Source of the DNA: Mytilus californianus
Taxonomy: Eukaryota
Length of the DNA stretch: 64,000 nucleotides
Assembly (NCBI RefSeq): GCF_021869535.1
Contig: NW_026262712.1
Location: 65,782,001 to 65,846,000 of the forward strand
Direction: 5' to 3'
Below are positions 48,049-61,190 of this stretch, one piece after another; within the stretch, counting starts at the first letter, position 1; the number at the start of each line of letters is the position of its first letter. Below the pieces are notes generated by a model, which saw nothing but the letters and a program-made list of their open reading frames with translations, was not told the origin of the DNA and ran no database searches. The translations under genes were made by a program, and so were the position numbers.

Positions 48049-51000
48049 GGGTCATTATCAAAAATCATGCATATTTTGATAAGGGTAGTTTCCGAAAACT
48101 GATGTCATTGTTTTAAGATTTAAAATAAGTTGAGCTATTCTGAAATATGGTAGAAGCTATATTCAGAAATATGCAATGGGAAAAATTAGGAGTTCTTTCA
48201 AAAGTATTCAATTTTCACCATTTTAGGTCATCTTTTGGAAGAATCATGTCTATGGTGTTACCAATATAAAAGATGCATTATTTTATTAACAAATACTTTT
48301 AAATACCAAACAACTTTTCCAATTTGTTGCTAAGGTTGAAATTACTACTTATATCCATTATTATAACAGGTATGCATTCTATTTAAACATAAATTTTAAA
48401 ATAAACTGTTGTATAAAACATAGTTGTCCTGGTTTTGGCTGCTGTTAATATTAAATAAAACACTAAAACTGAATAGATCTTAAATGTGTAAGACTGAATG
48501 ATAAGATCATGCCTAATCCTTCGTATACAGCCTAAGAAAACATTCATTTTTTTTTTTAAATAATAAAAATTATTGCATTTTTATATAGTAACACCACTGA
48601 CCTTTCAGTAACAACAATGACACAAAAGTAACACCATTGATATCAAAGTTAAAATTTTACTTTTATTAAGTACTGAACACAAAACAAAGAACGGTAAACA
48701 AAAGAAAAAGTATGGGCATGAAAAAAACCTAATTCTTAGGCTATAAAATCCCAAATTATACAACATAACATCAAACTACAACAACATTTACTTATAACTA
48801 GTAACTCCAATGACATCATTTGTAACACCGTTGACAATATTTTGAAAACGCGGATTTTTCATGGTTAATGTATTAATTCAAACACTCAAATTGAAACTTT
48901 ATAAGTTGATTAGAAGATAGACAGTCAATAATCGTCAAGGAAATAGAAAACAAATTGAGACAGTATAAAAATTGTGATCTAGTAACACCAACGATGTACC
49001 CGGTTACACTAACGACAAGTATTTAGTTAGGATATTTTGTAAAGTTTCATTTACAGGACCTTAAGAAAATTAAGATAAGATAAACATAAACATTGGAACA
49101 GCCAATTCAAATTAAGTTATTGATTCACTTGTTTGAAATGTCATTTAGTTTTCCAAGCGCCTTTTCCCACATGTCACTGTCAATATGATATCTGCCTCTG
49201 ATCTTTACTGGCTCTGGTATTTGTGCAATTACCTTTTGCATACTATACCAATATTCATCAGTTATTGCTTTTGGCCAGTAAAACGTTTTCCCAACTGGGT
49301 GCATACATCTGACATAAACTTCATTGTCATCAATATCAACAACTAATCCCGGATACAGTTTGCCATCATAGTCTACAAGAACGTGTTTCTGTAGAACATC
49401 TTCTGGCTTGAATGCACTAAAAAAATCATCAGTTTCAGTACCAAGAGTTTGATTGTTGCTGATTTCATTTTCCTGTCTGTATTTGAAATCTTTTATGTCT
49501 GGCATGGTTTCCTGACTTTCAATATAAGTTGAATCTTCAGGTGTTTGTAGAATCTTTTCAGTGGGAGCAGGATGCTCTACTTCCTTTCCAAGTTCTTTTT
49601 GGGACGCGGACTTGTCCGCTCCATGTTCCATCTAGTGACTGGATTTGTTACCACTATCACTAGAATAATCCTTACGCTTTTCTTCAATGTCGCTTTCTAG
49701 GTCAATTATAGGTGGATTGTTGATTATGATTTTTTCAGTTTTGATCTTCTTTGGTGTTTGTTCTCTGTCTTCTTTTTCTCTTCTGTCCTTCTCTATTTTC
49801 CTTACTCTCATTAATCTCCAACGTTGCATTTCAACCGGGATGTTGGTGGTGTTCGGATTATCAACAGGTAAAACAGCCACAAAATGGTTTGGAATCCAGT
49901 TTCGTTGTAACATATCAGTTCTGGTAGTTGTCAACATAATGTATGCGACATGCTCAGATTTTCATTCCCTTTGCTCTACAAGTCGATGAAGGTCATTCCT
50001 GACATTGGTATTTCCTAGTAAGGGATAGACGGAATAAACCTGTCTACATAACACGCTTGAAAGTGCAAAAACTTGCCACATTCCAATGTAAGTTTTGTTT
50101 CTCGTAATCTTCATTACTTCAGCCTTATATATCTTCTCTATTTCCTGACTGTCTAAAATATGTGTTCCAGGCACAAATTCATCTGAGTACATTGCAAAGG
50201 CCTTAGCTATGGAATTGTTCTTATTTTTCTCACCCAAGCCGTTTTCCAAAAAATGCTGACTAAGGTATAAATCTTTATGAGCGACAGATTCGAAGATAAT
50301 TCTGGTTCTCATTTCCCTGCTGCTCAGTTCATTTCCAAATGCATGAATACTGCCACAATAAGGTAGGCAATTGCCATCAGCAGAAACTGTCACAGGAAAG
50401 AGTGCACATGATTGCTCTGGATAAATATTAATAGCCTTTTCGTCAACAATGAGTTTGGTATCGATTATTGATGGAATGTTTTGATAGTCAATGTCAAATA
50501 TTTCTAGGTCTTTTTCCTTAGTTTTGCAAAGTTTTTTTAAGTCTTCGTAGGTTCTGCACTTTTCAAGACTCGTTAAGATTTCATGGAAAAAAGTTGTCTC
50601 TCATTTGTTTCCCTATCCCCCGAATTTAAATCTGTAGCATGTGAATTGTTTGATTTCTCTAAACTATTGTGTTCAGTCTTTTTCTCTGTGGATTTCTCTT
50701 TTATTGTTTCTTTGTTTTCTTTGTTGCCTGTATTCGGTACATCAAATTTGAAACATTTCAATTCGTGCCCACGGTGCTCTCCATCTTTTCTACAAAAGCA
50801 ACTGATATCTCGATATCCTATTTCTCCGAATGCAGTTGTGAACATCTGGTGCATTTTTAAAGTGCCTGTAACTGTCTTTGGGTTTAACTTAGAAACAATC
50901 GTCGAGTTCTTTTCAACTTCTTTTCTTCAAACTTCAAATAATGCTACATTTGAATCTTTACCATTGAAACTTTTAATGAATGAAGCAGTATCTGTTATGT

Positions 51001-53523
51001 CTTCTCCTTGCAAAACATGAATGTTTGCAGCTCTCTTAAGTGCACCACCAATACCATCAGGAGCGCCCTTTCCATGACCACTTTCATGGAAGTTCCAGCT
51101 GGCAAATGTAAATCCTCTTTCAGCCATGAATTTTGTAAAAAGAAAGAAGTTGCCTTTCTGCTTATACTGTGTACATCACTAAAGAAATGGAAAGTATGTA
51201 TATCAGGATATTTGTTTTGAATTTCATCAAGTAGAGGGTTCAAGAAAGTCTATATGGCAGTTTGTCCATGGTCAAGGGAATCGGACACAGAACTGAAAGG
51301 GTTAGCATTTTCCCCATAACCTGTGTAGTAGACTCCTGTGTGTAATGTGATTTGTTTTTTCGAAGCACCAAAGTGCATGCTTTGTATTTCTTTACCTAAC
51401 TTGCAAACGAAATTTTCAGAAAAATCTACATGTATCAGTGCTTCATTTTGTTGAAGTTTTTCTTTCAGTTGTCTAAAGTATTTCAATTGGTTATCTATAT
51501 TGAAGTAATGTATCCTGAACCTTTCCATCTCTTCTATAAATCGGTCGACCAACAAACCAAGAGCGCCTTTCATTTCATCTTTAACAGTAAGAGTAATCTC
51601 CTTTTCTTCAGTTTTCACAATTCTTTTTTCCTTCTTCGTGATCCATTGGAACCATGTCACTTCTTCTTTCTTGTTATAGTTCCCAGAGTTGCGATCTATC
51701 ATCTCTTTCTTGCTACATTTTTGACATCTTCCGTACATGCAATCTAGATCTTCAGAATTACACACAGATAAATTTACAAGTTCTTTCAAGCTTTCAGTTT
51801 CCAGTACTTTCACTCTGTGTAGTGTATTTACAATAAACTGTATGTTTTCATGAAGCTTACAGGCACATGTGTCTCTGTCTGATTCTCTTGGTAGCTCCAC
51901 CCAAAATGGCCGTAACCGACAAAATGAAGTATAACTGACTTTAATTTCTTTATTTTCCTGTAGGAATATTTTGTGGGCATCTTCAATTGTTTCTGTAAAG
52001 TCTCTTCTGCATTTTTATTTTATTTTTTGTGATTGTTTCTTTCATACCTGCAGTCAGTTTGCTGTTATCGTCTCCTTGGTAGAAATTGATAACTTTATCC
52101 TCTATTCTATTTGTAAGAGATCCCATAAGATCTTGTTTCTTTGAATTCCTGCAGTAAATGCCTATATCTTCGTTTGGTTTGTACAGGATCTTGTATTTTC
52201 TCAGCATTTTTCCTCTGAATATTTCAGAGAAACTCTGTTTCTGTGCTCTACTCCCTTTCAAATATTTTTGTTGCAGTTCCTTCTGTAGGACAAAGTGGAA
52301 AAGTAAAGACTTTTTCACTTTAGACTTTGCAAGGGTTTCCCTTTCTATTGAATTTCCCTGTTTAGAGTTGGTACTCCAAAATCTCAATAACCTTTCTGTT
52401 TTGGCGAGGAGATGCAAGATATTCCTTATTCTTGAGAATTTTGGCTTTTTCTTTTTCTAAACCTCATGATATACTTTTGTGAACGTCTTTTTTTGTTTGG
52501 CTACCTCTTTTCGTAATGCTTTCATTGTCTCTATAACATTTGGCCATTTCCCTTCTCCTTCGTCTGGCACTGTTATTATTTCTGTTGGCAATAACTGGAG
52601 ACACAGGTGGTGTTAGTGGCTGTGATTCTGATTCTTTCCTTTTTTTTATCTCTAGCTAATTTCTGAGCTATTCTCCAGGTTTTTCGCATTCTCCTTTTGT
52701 TGCAATCTGACATATCTGATATCAGCTGACGTTTCCCAACTGCCAAATCAGTTTTATACTTATCTTTTTTTTTTGCCAAATACTCAGCTCGTCTTCTGGG
52801 ATCCTGATCACGTCTCTCCCTATATAATCTTTGTTTTTCTTTGTTTGTTAAAGCCATTCTTTTCCTGAAAATAAAAACAAAATCTACATCTGGATTGTTT
52901 ATGATCAGAGTTTCTCCTTTACTTAATGTTTCTACCTGTCACTCCTGGTATTCAGTTGAGTTCGTGATGTTCTAAGTTTGTTTCTACTTTTGTTTATGCT
53001 TTGATTTGGTTGTTATTGTATCAAGTAAAAGTATATAATACGGCTATTAAAAATGTAAAACAAATTACACAAAATTACTGATTTTAATGAAATCATCAGT
53101 GGTGTTACTAAACTTGTCTATGGTGTCACCTTACATGCAAAATGGGTAAAATCAGATGGATATTCATTTGAATTTGATTTGAACGTGATCTTTATAGAAA
53201 AAGTATATATTTGATTTTAAAGATTTCATACAAATACAGAATACATCTGTGAAAATATTTGATAATAACTAAAAATGTCAATAGTGTTACTAAAATGTGT
53301 CCATGGTGTTACCAGCATATACCATTTTGTGAAAACTTGGTATAGGTACTATATTATATTGATATAACATTGTTAATTAAGTATCATATTTCATAAAAAC
53401 TGTATGTAGTGTGTCACAAAACATTCATATTTAACACATACAAGCGTTATCTTCATATGTTTTCATGCGTGTGGCTTAAAAGACCCAATAACATGCTTTT
53501 GCATGTTTTTTTGATAATGACCC
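48049..53523 (-). mobile_element. Decayed full-length DNA transposon, Sola2-like
   Basis: TIRs GGGTCATTATCAAAAA(T/A)..CATGCA at both ends, 4-bp TSD GTAA (48045-48 / 53524-27), subterminal TGGTGTTAC repeats; GRG...CYC ends and 4-bp TSD fit Sola2 (family call from recalled motifs). Confidence 0.8.
49125..52857 (-). pseudogene. Transposase (DDD core) fused to vertnin-like OTU domain and C-terminal beta domain; several frameshifts and nonsense codons
   Basis: CACKLHEN, VDFSENF..EIQSMHFG.S..QITLHT, FFSD(frameshift)TQYKQKGNF, WNFHESGHGKGAPDGIGGALKR; OTU-like ADGNCLP...GMWQVFALSSVL...YSVYP...IM....W.PNHFV; C-terminal YDGKLYPG.V..CM..G..FYWP...D.YWY; in-frame TGA 49962 and TAG 49632. Confidence 0.85.
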
Positions 53524-53629
53524 GTAAGAGCACTCTCGGACTTTTTATCTTTTTTTGAAAACTTAATTTGACTTTATTTTGAACGGCACACTAATTTCGC
53601 AGTTTCCTCGACTTGCTATAAATTTGTTC

Positions 53630-54365
53630 GGAAATGGACATTTGAGCGAAATAGAAGGACATTTGAGCGCCTAAGTATAGGACATTTGAGCGCCGAAAGT
53701 TTATAATATTTGAGCGAAAATAAAAATAACCATAGGACACGTACATTTGTGCGAGAAAAAAATTGAGAGTGATAAATGAGTACCTCTTCCGTTCGCCAGA
53801 TATAATCTGTTACCCCTGCTTACCACGTGGTGGTGGAAGTAGGATTTCGAGTCGGATATAGTTTATAAAATGTGTAGTTTATAACGCACAAAGTTTTAAA
53901 AAACATCTTTTAATTGTAAAAAACACAAAGCACTGTCATAAAACTTAAAACTCGGCAATGGCATTGTTAAGATATCAAGTGCCAAGGGACAATTCACTTT
54001 TTAAATATAAGAAATTTAGAACAAAGAAAATTTGCATAGCCAATAAATTATAGTAGAATTAAATGGTAAGTAGAGATCAACTCAAGAATACACTACCATT
54101 AACTAGTCAGAACCGGTCGAATTACTCGGGTGTAAAATTAAATAAAATATATTTATTTTAAAAACATACTCTTTTTTTTTTCTTACTTTTTTAAAATACT
54201 TTCTTAATTCATATAAGAGTAAATTTTTTAACCCCCCACCTTGAAGTTAAATGGTCGTTCTCTAGATAAGGTTAATATTCCGGCGCTAAAATGTCCTATA
54301 ATGTCGGGGCGCAAATGTCCCTATGTGCATTTTTTATTTTCGCTCAACTGTCCTATGCCCAAATT
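53630..54365. repeat. Inverted clusters of GGACATTTGAGCG repeats (MITE relic with nested fragment)
   Basis: Four to five direct copies at 53637-53755; inverted CGC(T)(A/C)AA(A)TGTCC copies at 54283-54355. Confidence 0.55.
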
Positions 54366-57300
54366 TGTTACACATGTATGCTTTCGATGAACGATTTATT
54401 TATAAATCCCACAGTGAATGTATGAGCACCTATATTTGTTTACCTTAACTTTAATATCAAAAGATACGGAGACTTGTCGGAAAAGTCATCAGTGAAAAAG
54501 AAATGCCAAACCATAATAAAGAGGAATGCTACCTCTTTAAACTATTTAAGAAATTGTATTTTTCACTTTGTATTTTATTCCAATCAATATGGGGATTGGT
54601 TTCCTTTATTTAAAAATGAACTTTCAAAATTTCTTGTTTATCTTTAAGTTTCTTTGAAAGAAGTCATGTCCCGTCCGCAACTCCTCTTATAACATCAAAA
54701 GGACTGAATTTTAAAACTTTGAATGATTCATCATGTGCAGACTTTGCATTGTGCACCTATTTATTTTTTATCTGTTGTTTCGTATTACACAATGGACTAA
54801 GCTATTTATTTTATAAAATTTATTTGAAAGGGGTATGAACCACCCGTATGCAACTCCTCTAAAACACGTAAGTGAAATTAAATATAAAATTTAGTTATTT
54901 TGAAGAACAGTCTTTTAAATACATGTTCGTCGTACTAGAGCTTTCTTACATTTTGGCAAAATGTACGACCGAAGTAAAGGGAGCATGTACTACATTTCCA
55001 CGATACCACTAAGAGTCTAAGTTTTATCCGGTAAAACGGCATTCTTTTCTGAACCAAACATATCTTTTAAAATTTAAGCATATCGCAAATAACACGCTTT
55101 TAATATCTGAAAATAAATTAAAATAGTTTCAAATACACATATGTTACTCATGTTAATCACGATTATACACATTTGCGCGGGAATTGTTCAAACATGCGTT
55201 TCACCATTAACATTTTAGTGAAATTATTGAAGTATGACACTAAATTCTAACGACAAGATTCAAAATTATTTTTATTTTTAATGGGTATGCTATCATCAAA
55301 ATGTGAATGTGGATCATCGAGATTTGCAAGACAAGGATGCTACGATGTTTTGAAAAAGTAATGTGAAATAAATTTGTGATCTTTTTCCCATCAATTTAAA
55401 GGTTGGATGTGAAAAAAGTAATGTGACACTAACGATCGCAGGACACAAATTTGAAACTATAGCCCCCCCCCCCCCCCCTTTCCCCTCATTCCCCTTGAAA
55501 GTTAAATGGTCGTTGCCGTAGTAAATGATCGGACTGTTCACACTAGTTATTATATCTTCAGTTAATTCTAGATACGCAACTGATTTGGGATCAATTTTTT
55601 AATCAGTGGTGCATTTAGCATTCACACATGATGTTAACACGAGCGACCATGTGAAATCTAATGTCAATTCAAATTTGGTGGGGGGGAGGGTTAACACACA
55701 CACACACGCCCACTCTCATAAACAGCTTTGATTAACTATTAGTAGTAAGATATAGGATAAATTTCCACGAGACAACTGCCACCCAACAAAAGGATGATCA
55801 TCAACATCAGTTTATATAAAGATGAATGTTACCATAGTTACATAGTTCACACTGTATAACAAGCATTAAATGGTAAAAAAAAACCACAAGTTATACTATA
55901 AGAAAAAACGAAAAACTTGGGTGTTTCGGAAAATTAGACCGCCTCTGTCTCTGACTTAGTTGTGCAAATGATAGAGCAAGGCGAAGATTTAGAATAGGAG
56001 GCTAGGAATATGTCTGCTGAGTAGAGACACTTGGGTGCTCCTATCTCCTTATTCTAATTATAGATCAACTAATTATAGATGTTTTGTTCATTTACATACG
56101 CATTTTAACATATAAATGTATATCAAGAAAATAAATCTGCAATATTGGACTTTTTATATTCTGAATTTTAAAATGACGATCAAACAGTAAACATGCTTGG
56201 AAGATTGATGATTATAGGTCGATTACCGTCCAGTTGCAAATATTTCATGAATTTCAGGACGAAAACGCATTCATACGCTGCAAGAACAATTCGATAGCTG
56301 AGCCTAACTCGGGTGTGTAGACATACCAGAAAGCGATAATGGAAATAACATAGGGGAGAGGCGGGGAATCCCTGCAAGTCATTAAAAGAGCCTCGTCATT
56401 ATATATTTTGAAGGAGGTCATTTTTTTTTCATTCGACTAATTTTTGATTTAGAATGTATTTGTTTTTAATTTTATCTTATTTTTTGTGTGAGGGGGAAGC
56501 CAAAATTATTTGCCTTGGTATTTTTTTAGGTTAAATAATGCAAAAATTTTTTGGGGGGAGCACAATCTTTCATTGTTAGGGGTATTTGTTCTGACGAGCC
56601 TGTGTTTACGAAATTTTGTAGAGTTATCTCCTTCCTCCTGGTGGTTTTATATTTTACCTCTCGTATGTCCTGAAATTCCTATATCGCACGTAGATTCAAG
56701 TTTAGCACGTGTTGTATCATGCAGTGTAATGGTCCTTGATATGCAAATATTAAAGCGAAACGCCATCGGAGTTCCATGACGCTTCGATTAAGATTACATA
56801 AATATGTCAAAATAAGGGTCTAACGTATGATTCGTCAGGCGTACGTACCTTTCGTCAAACTGTAAGAAAGCTCTAGTACGACAATTTTAACATATGACCC
56901 TTTCTGATATATAGTTCTATCTGTCTTAAAAGTTTAATATTGATTGTCCCAGTAGAAATGTAAAAAAAAATCATTATCTTAATATAGGAAAATTATTGAC
57001 TGACACGATGAAGATATATTTTTGTTTACTTCTTCAAGTTATCAAATTTGTGCTTAATGCTTGCGAATAGTATGAATGATGTGATTTGATTTTTATACAA
57101 CGAATTTAAAATAAATGATATAGTAGACCAATAAAGCGAAAGTAAATCCCAAAATAAATATGAAATTAATCAACAGTTAAAATATGTTTGTTCCTCTGTT
57201 TAAGGGAATAAAAATTCTAAACAAATCAGGTGGCATTGACTTTGTTTAAATGCAAACTTGAACCGACCATAAAATGAAAATAAGTCACATTCAGGTCAAC

Positions 57301-57668
57301 TGGATCAGTCCGCCATGTGAACCAAAATGTTTGTCTATCATATCAACACTAGCGTCAACTGAATGAATACTGATTAGGAACTAAGATAGATAATCATCCA
57401 TTCTTGCATTTCATGGTTCATTTATGTGTGGTAAACAAGTTTTTGGAAACTGAATTCACACAGTTGTTCACCTTCCTTTGAAAAGTTTGACAATGCAGAT
57501 AAAACTAAAACATATTCTTTTTAGGAACTAAATGAATGCAGGGTTTAAAAAGTCACAATAACCTTTACCTTCATTTGGAAATTTTAACAAAGCAGAAAAA
57601 TGTAAAAAAAAAAAAGACTTGAACTTTTGTTGTACTTTTAACATTAGACATACTTTTGTGTTCTGTAG

Positions 57669-59385
57669 ATGATGGCAAGCTCTATACTTTCATGTAGTGT
57701 TTGTGAGTATCGACATATCTTCAAACTAGCATCCATTTGGTGTTCGGATTGCGACGAAGGCCTCTGTCTGGACTGCAAGGAGCATCATGGGATTTCCAAA
57801 GCAACAAGAAAGCACGGTACTATACCAATATCAGAGTATCAAACACTGCCTAAATTGAAAATATTAAGCAGATATGCAGTACACACGCTGAAAAATATCA
57901 AATTTACTGCAATGAACATGAATGCACGTGTTGTAGTAAATGCATCGTTGAAAACCATACAAAATGTCAAAATATTGTCAATCTTGATGATATTGTCAAA
58001 AACACGAAGACCTCAAATGCTTTTCTGGAAATTCACGAAACATTACATGAAGTTGCTGAAAACATCAAACGGATTCGTCGAGATACAAATTGCAATTTGA
58101 AAACGTTGTCCGAGAACAAAAATTAGATAGAATGCGAAATTCAACAGGTTCCATTAAATATCAATTAACATCTCGATAAACTGCAAGAAAACTTCATAGC
58201 GGAATTGCATGAGATAGAAAAAAGAGAGAATACAAAAATCAGGTAGTTATTGAACGTTTTAGATGAGCATGAAATTAAAGTTGCCGAGCACCAAAAGAAC
58301 ATCACATACATAAAACAATACGCATCAGATCTACAGAACTTTCTAGCTCCGAAACAACTTGAAGCAGATGTTGATGACAAATGTCAGTTGATTGATTCAC
58401 TTAGTGAAAGTGATACACTTAATAGTGTGGAGATCAAAATTAACATTGATACATCACTGACAGACATTACAAATATTGTTCCTGTGTTTGGAAAAAATAC
58501 AAATTGACAACTTCAGTCCTTCGGTTGTCATTGCGAAGAAAAAGCAACAACAAGCTCATTTGATACTACCTAGAAATGCACTTGTGCCCATCGAGTTACA
58601 ACAAACTATAAACAAGAATCGAATATTAGAGGATGTTGCATATTACCTGATGGTAGAATCGTATTTTCCTATCCTGCTCTAAACAAATTAACAATAGTTA
58701 AACAAGGCAGGTCAATTGATTTTTCTTTGCGTTTACCAGCAGCATGTGGTGTAGCATACAACAATGAGGATAACACTATAGCGATATCATCCAGTACTGT
58801 TCACCTTGGCAATAAAATAACAATAATTGATTTAACGAAACGAAAAGTTGAGAAAACTATTTCTCCTGGTGGACAAACGATTGGTATTGTGGCTACCAAA
58901 AAAACATTGCTTTATCAAATATACCAAAAAGAATTCAAGTCATGCATCTTACTGACGAGTCAACACGTGATATAATCACTGAGAACATGCACACACCAAT
59001 CAATGTAGCAATATCTGGACACACACTTTATTATTCCAGTTTTCATTATCATACAGTAGTATGCTGCGATCTCCAAGGTACAAAACAATGGTCATTCAAA
59101 GATGAAATTTTTTTAAAACATCCGTATAGAATATCTGCTGACAACGATGGAAATGTGTATGTTGTAGGGTGTAGAACGAAGAACGTCGTAGTTATCTCAC
59201 AAGATGGACAAAAACAAAAGGAACTCCTATCTATAAGAGATGGCTTAACATCCCCATGGGCAATTGACTTTGGACGTGCAACTAACCATTTATTAGTTAC
59301 AACTGATAATTATAAAGCATATCTGTATAAGGTATCCAGTAATTATGTAAATAAGCTCATCATAGATAGATCAGTTATTAATTAA
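57669..59385 (+). pseudogene. Heavily decayed RING-less TRIM-like gene (2 B-boxes, coiled coil, beta-propeller)
   Basis: TTCTGTAG acceptor directly before ATG; CSVC..WCSDCDEGLCLDCKEHH; frameshift near 57852 to CSTH..YCNEHECTCCSKCIVENHTKC; stops near 58123, 58167, 58244; further shifts near 58495, 58620, 58920; HPYRISADNDGNVYVVG..SQDG..L..PWAIDF propeller. Confidence 0.9.
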
Positions 59386-60884
59386 ATTTGATAACAATGT
59401 ATAAGCATAAAGCATTTATAAAAATAAAGCATCTAAAATATACAATACATTTAAAAAAAAAACATAATACAGAACCAAATTAAATAACGCAAATCTAAGC
59501 AGGTCCTTCAACATTTGAAAATTAGTTGTTTCTTCATTTTGTATTTAGAGTGATAACTTAGAGTAAATTGTTTAGTTTAAACATATTTTATCTGCAACAA
59601 TAACAAAAGGGATTGTACACAAGTTATAGCAACATTAGAGAAGTCATTTTCCAAAGGTTTAAGTTGTCATTTGTGTTATACAGTTTGCCGAAGACGAAGC
59701 TATGTAGTCTTACTCACAATGAATCAACATATAAGTTTAACTAGACCATGAATATATCAAAAACGTTTCACACTATAAGGTGTAAATATAGGGGTTTATA
59801 ATTTGGAAATTATGGTAAATAAAAGGAGCAAGGCTACGTAAGTCATATGAGGCGAAGCCGAGGTTGACAATGTTCTTTCGAAGGGTACTAATCTGATCTA
59901 TCACCCTCTCAGCTATGTGCTATTTAATTTATTATACTGAATGTCATTATCGTCTTTTACTGTTCAATTTCAAATTGGAAGTACTTAAATATGACGTCAT
60001 GTAAATAACAACGTAAGAGTTATTAGAAAAACAACAGAAGTGAAGCAAAATGTATTTTTAATTTTGACAGTCTATGAAAAATTCTGAGGCTAAAACGTAG
60101 AGCTGTAGCATTGTCTTTTATTTATCGATGTAAATTGAATTCATTGTCCTTCAGATTATCGATTTTTGATTCGTCTGTACGAGAGGATGACATTCAAAAT
60201 ATTGTCTCCCGCTGAGCCATAGGAGTATTTTATCCCCCTCGTATTAGCCAATAAAAATCTTGCATTTTAACGTGAAGTAAAATAAAACTATATATATCAG
60301 CATGAGTTTGCGCTCTTGGTTACATTTGATCAATACATAACACAAACAATTATTGTAGTAAATAGTTTTCATGCATATTTCCAATTTAACAACAATAACT
60401 TCTATAAACGTTATGATGTATGCATTCAGTCTACTACGTTCACACCTTTAAGAAAAATATTAATTTCGTTCCCTTCGATGTTTTATCGACATAACAATTA
60501 TTAAACTATTGTTTCTTGGTCATGTATAAGAAGTAACACATTTTGCACTCATGGGTTTTTAACCATGATATTACACTTAATATTTATCAATGCAGAACAG
60601 GAGAACGATGTAATTAAGTTATACTGATTCCGATCTGTTCGATAAAATAAATTGATCAATTAGTATAGCATTATTTCTTGTTTTTCTTTTTTGTTTAATT
60701 AATCCAGAGGATATATACTGGCTTAAACATACATTATTTGTCCCTACTAATATCTAACAACACGATTCCTGCGCGCTAAATCGGTATCAAAGTTTATGGT
60801 ATGTATTACAATATGGAAGTGAAATCTTCTTTTTGTGAGAATTTTTGTAGAAATCTTATTTTGTCATAGTTATGTAGTTGTTTT

Positions 60885-61190
60885 CTTTTTAAACCGATAT
60901 CTGCAATCGTTTTAAAAGTAATCTTCTTTTAGACCGGTATCTGTCATAACTTTATAAAAGTCTTCTTTTGAGATCGATATCTTTCAGATTTCTATAGAAA
61001 TCCCTTTTTAAACCAATCTCTGTCATATTCTTATAGTAATCTTTTCTTGATACCGGTATTTTTCATAGCTTTGTAGTAAGCTGCTTTTTAGACCGGTAAC
61101 TGTCATAGTTTTGTAGTAATTTTCTTTTGAAATCGGTATCTGTCATAGTTTTGTAGAAATATTCTTTGAGACCGGTATCTGTCTTAGTTT
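60885..61190. repeat. Degenerate 40-bp minisatellite (~8 units)
   Basis: TTTTAGACCGGTATCTGTCATAGTTTTGTAGTAATCTTC-like units at 40-bp spacing. Confidence 0.8.

Noticed and set aside
54235-55520. Complete Harbinger element between the GTTAAATGGTCGTT motifs
   Set aside because: Both motifs are in the same orientation (two right-end fragments); no matching left TIR found.
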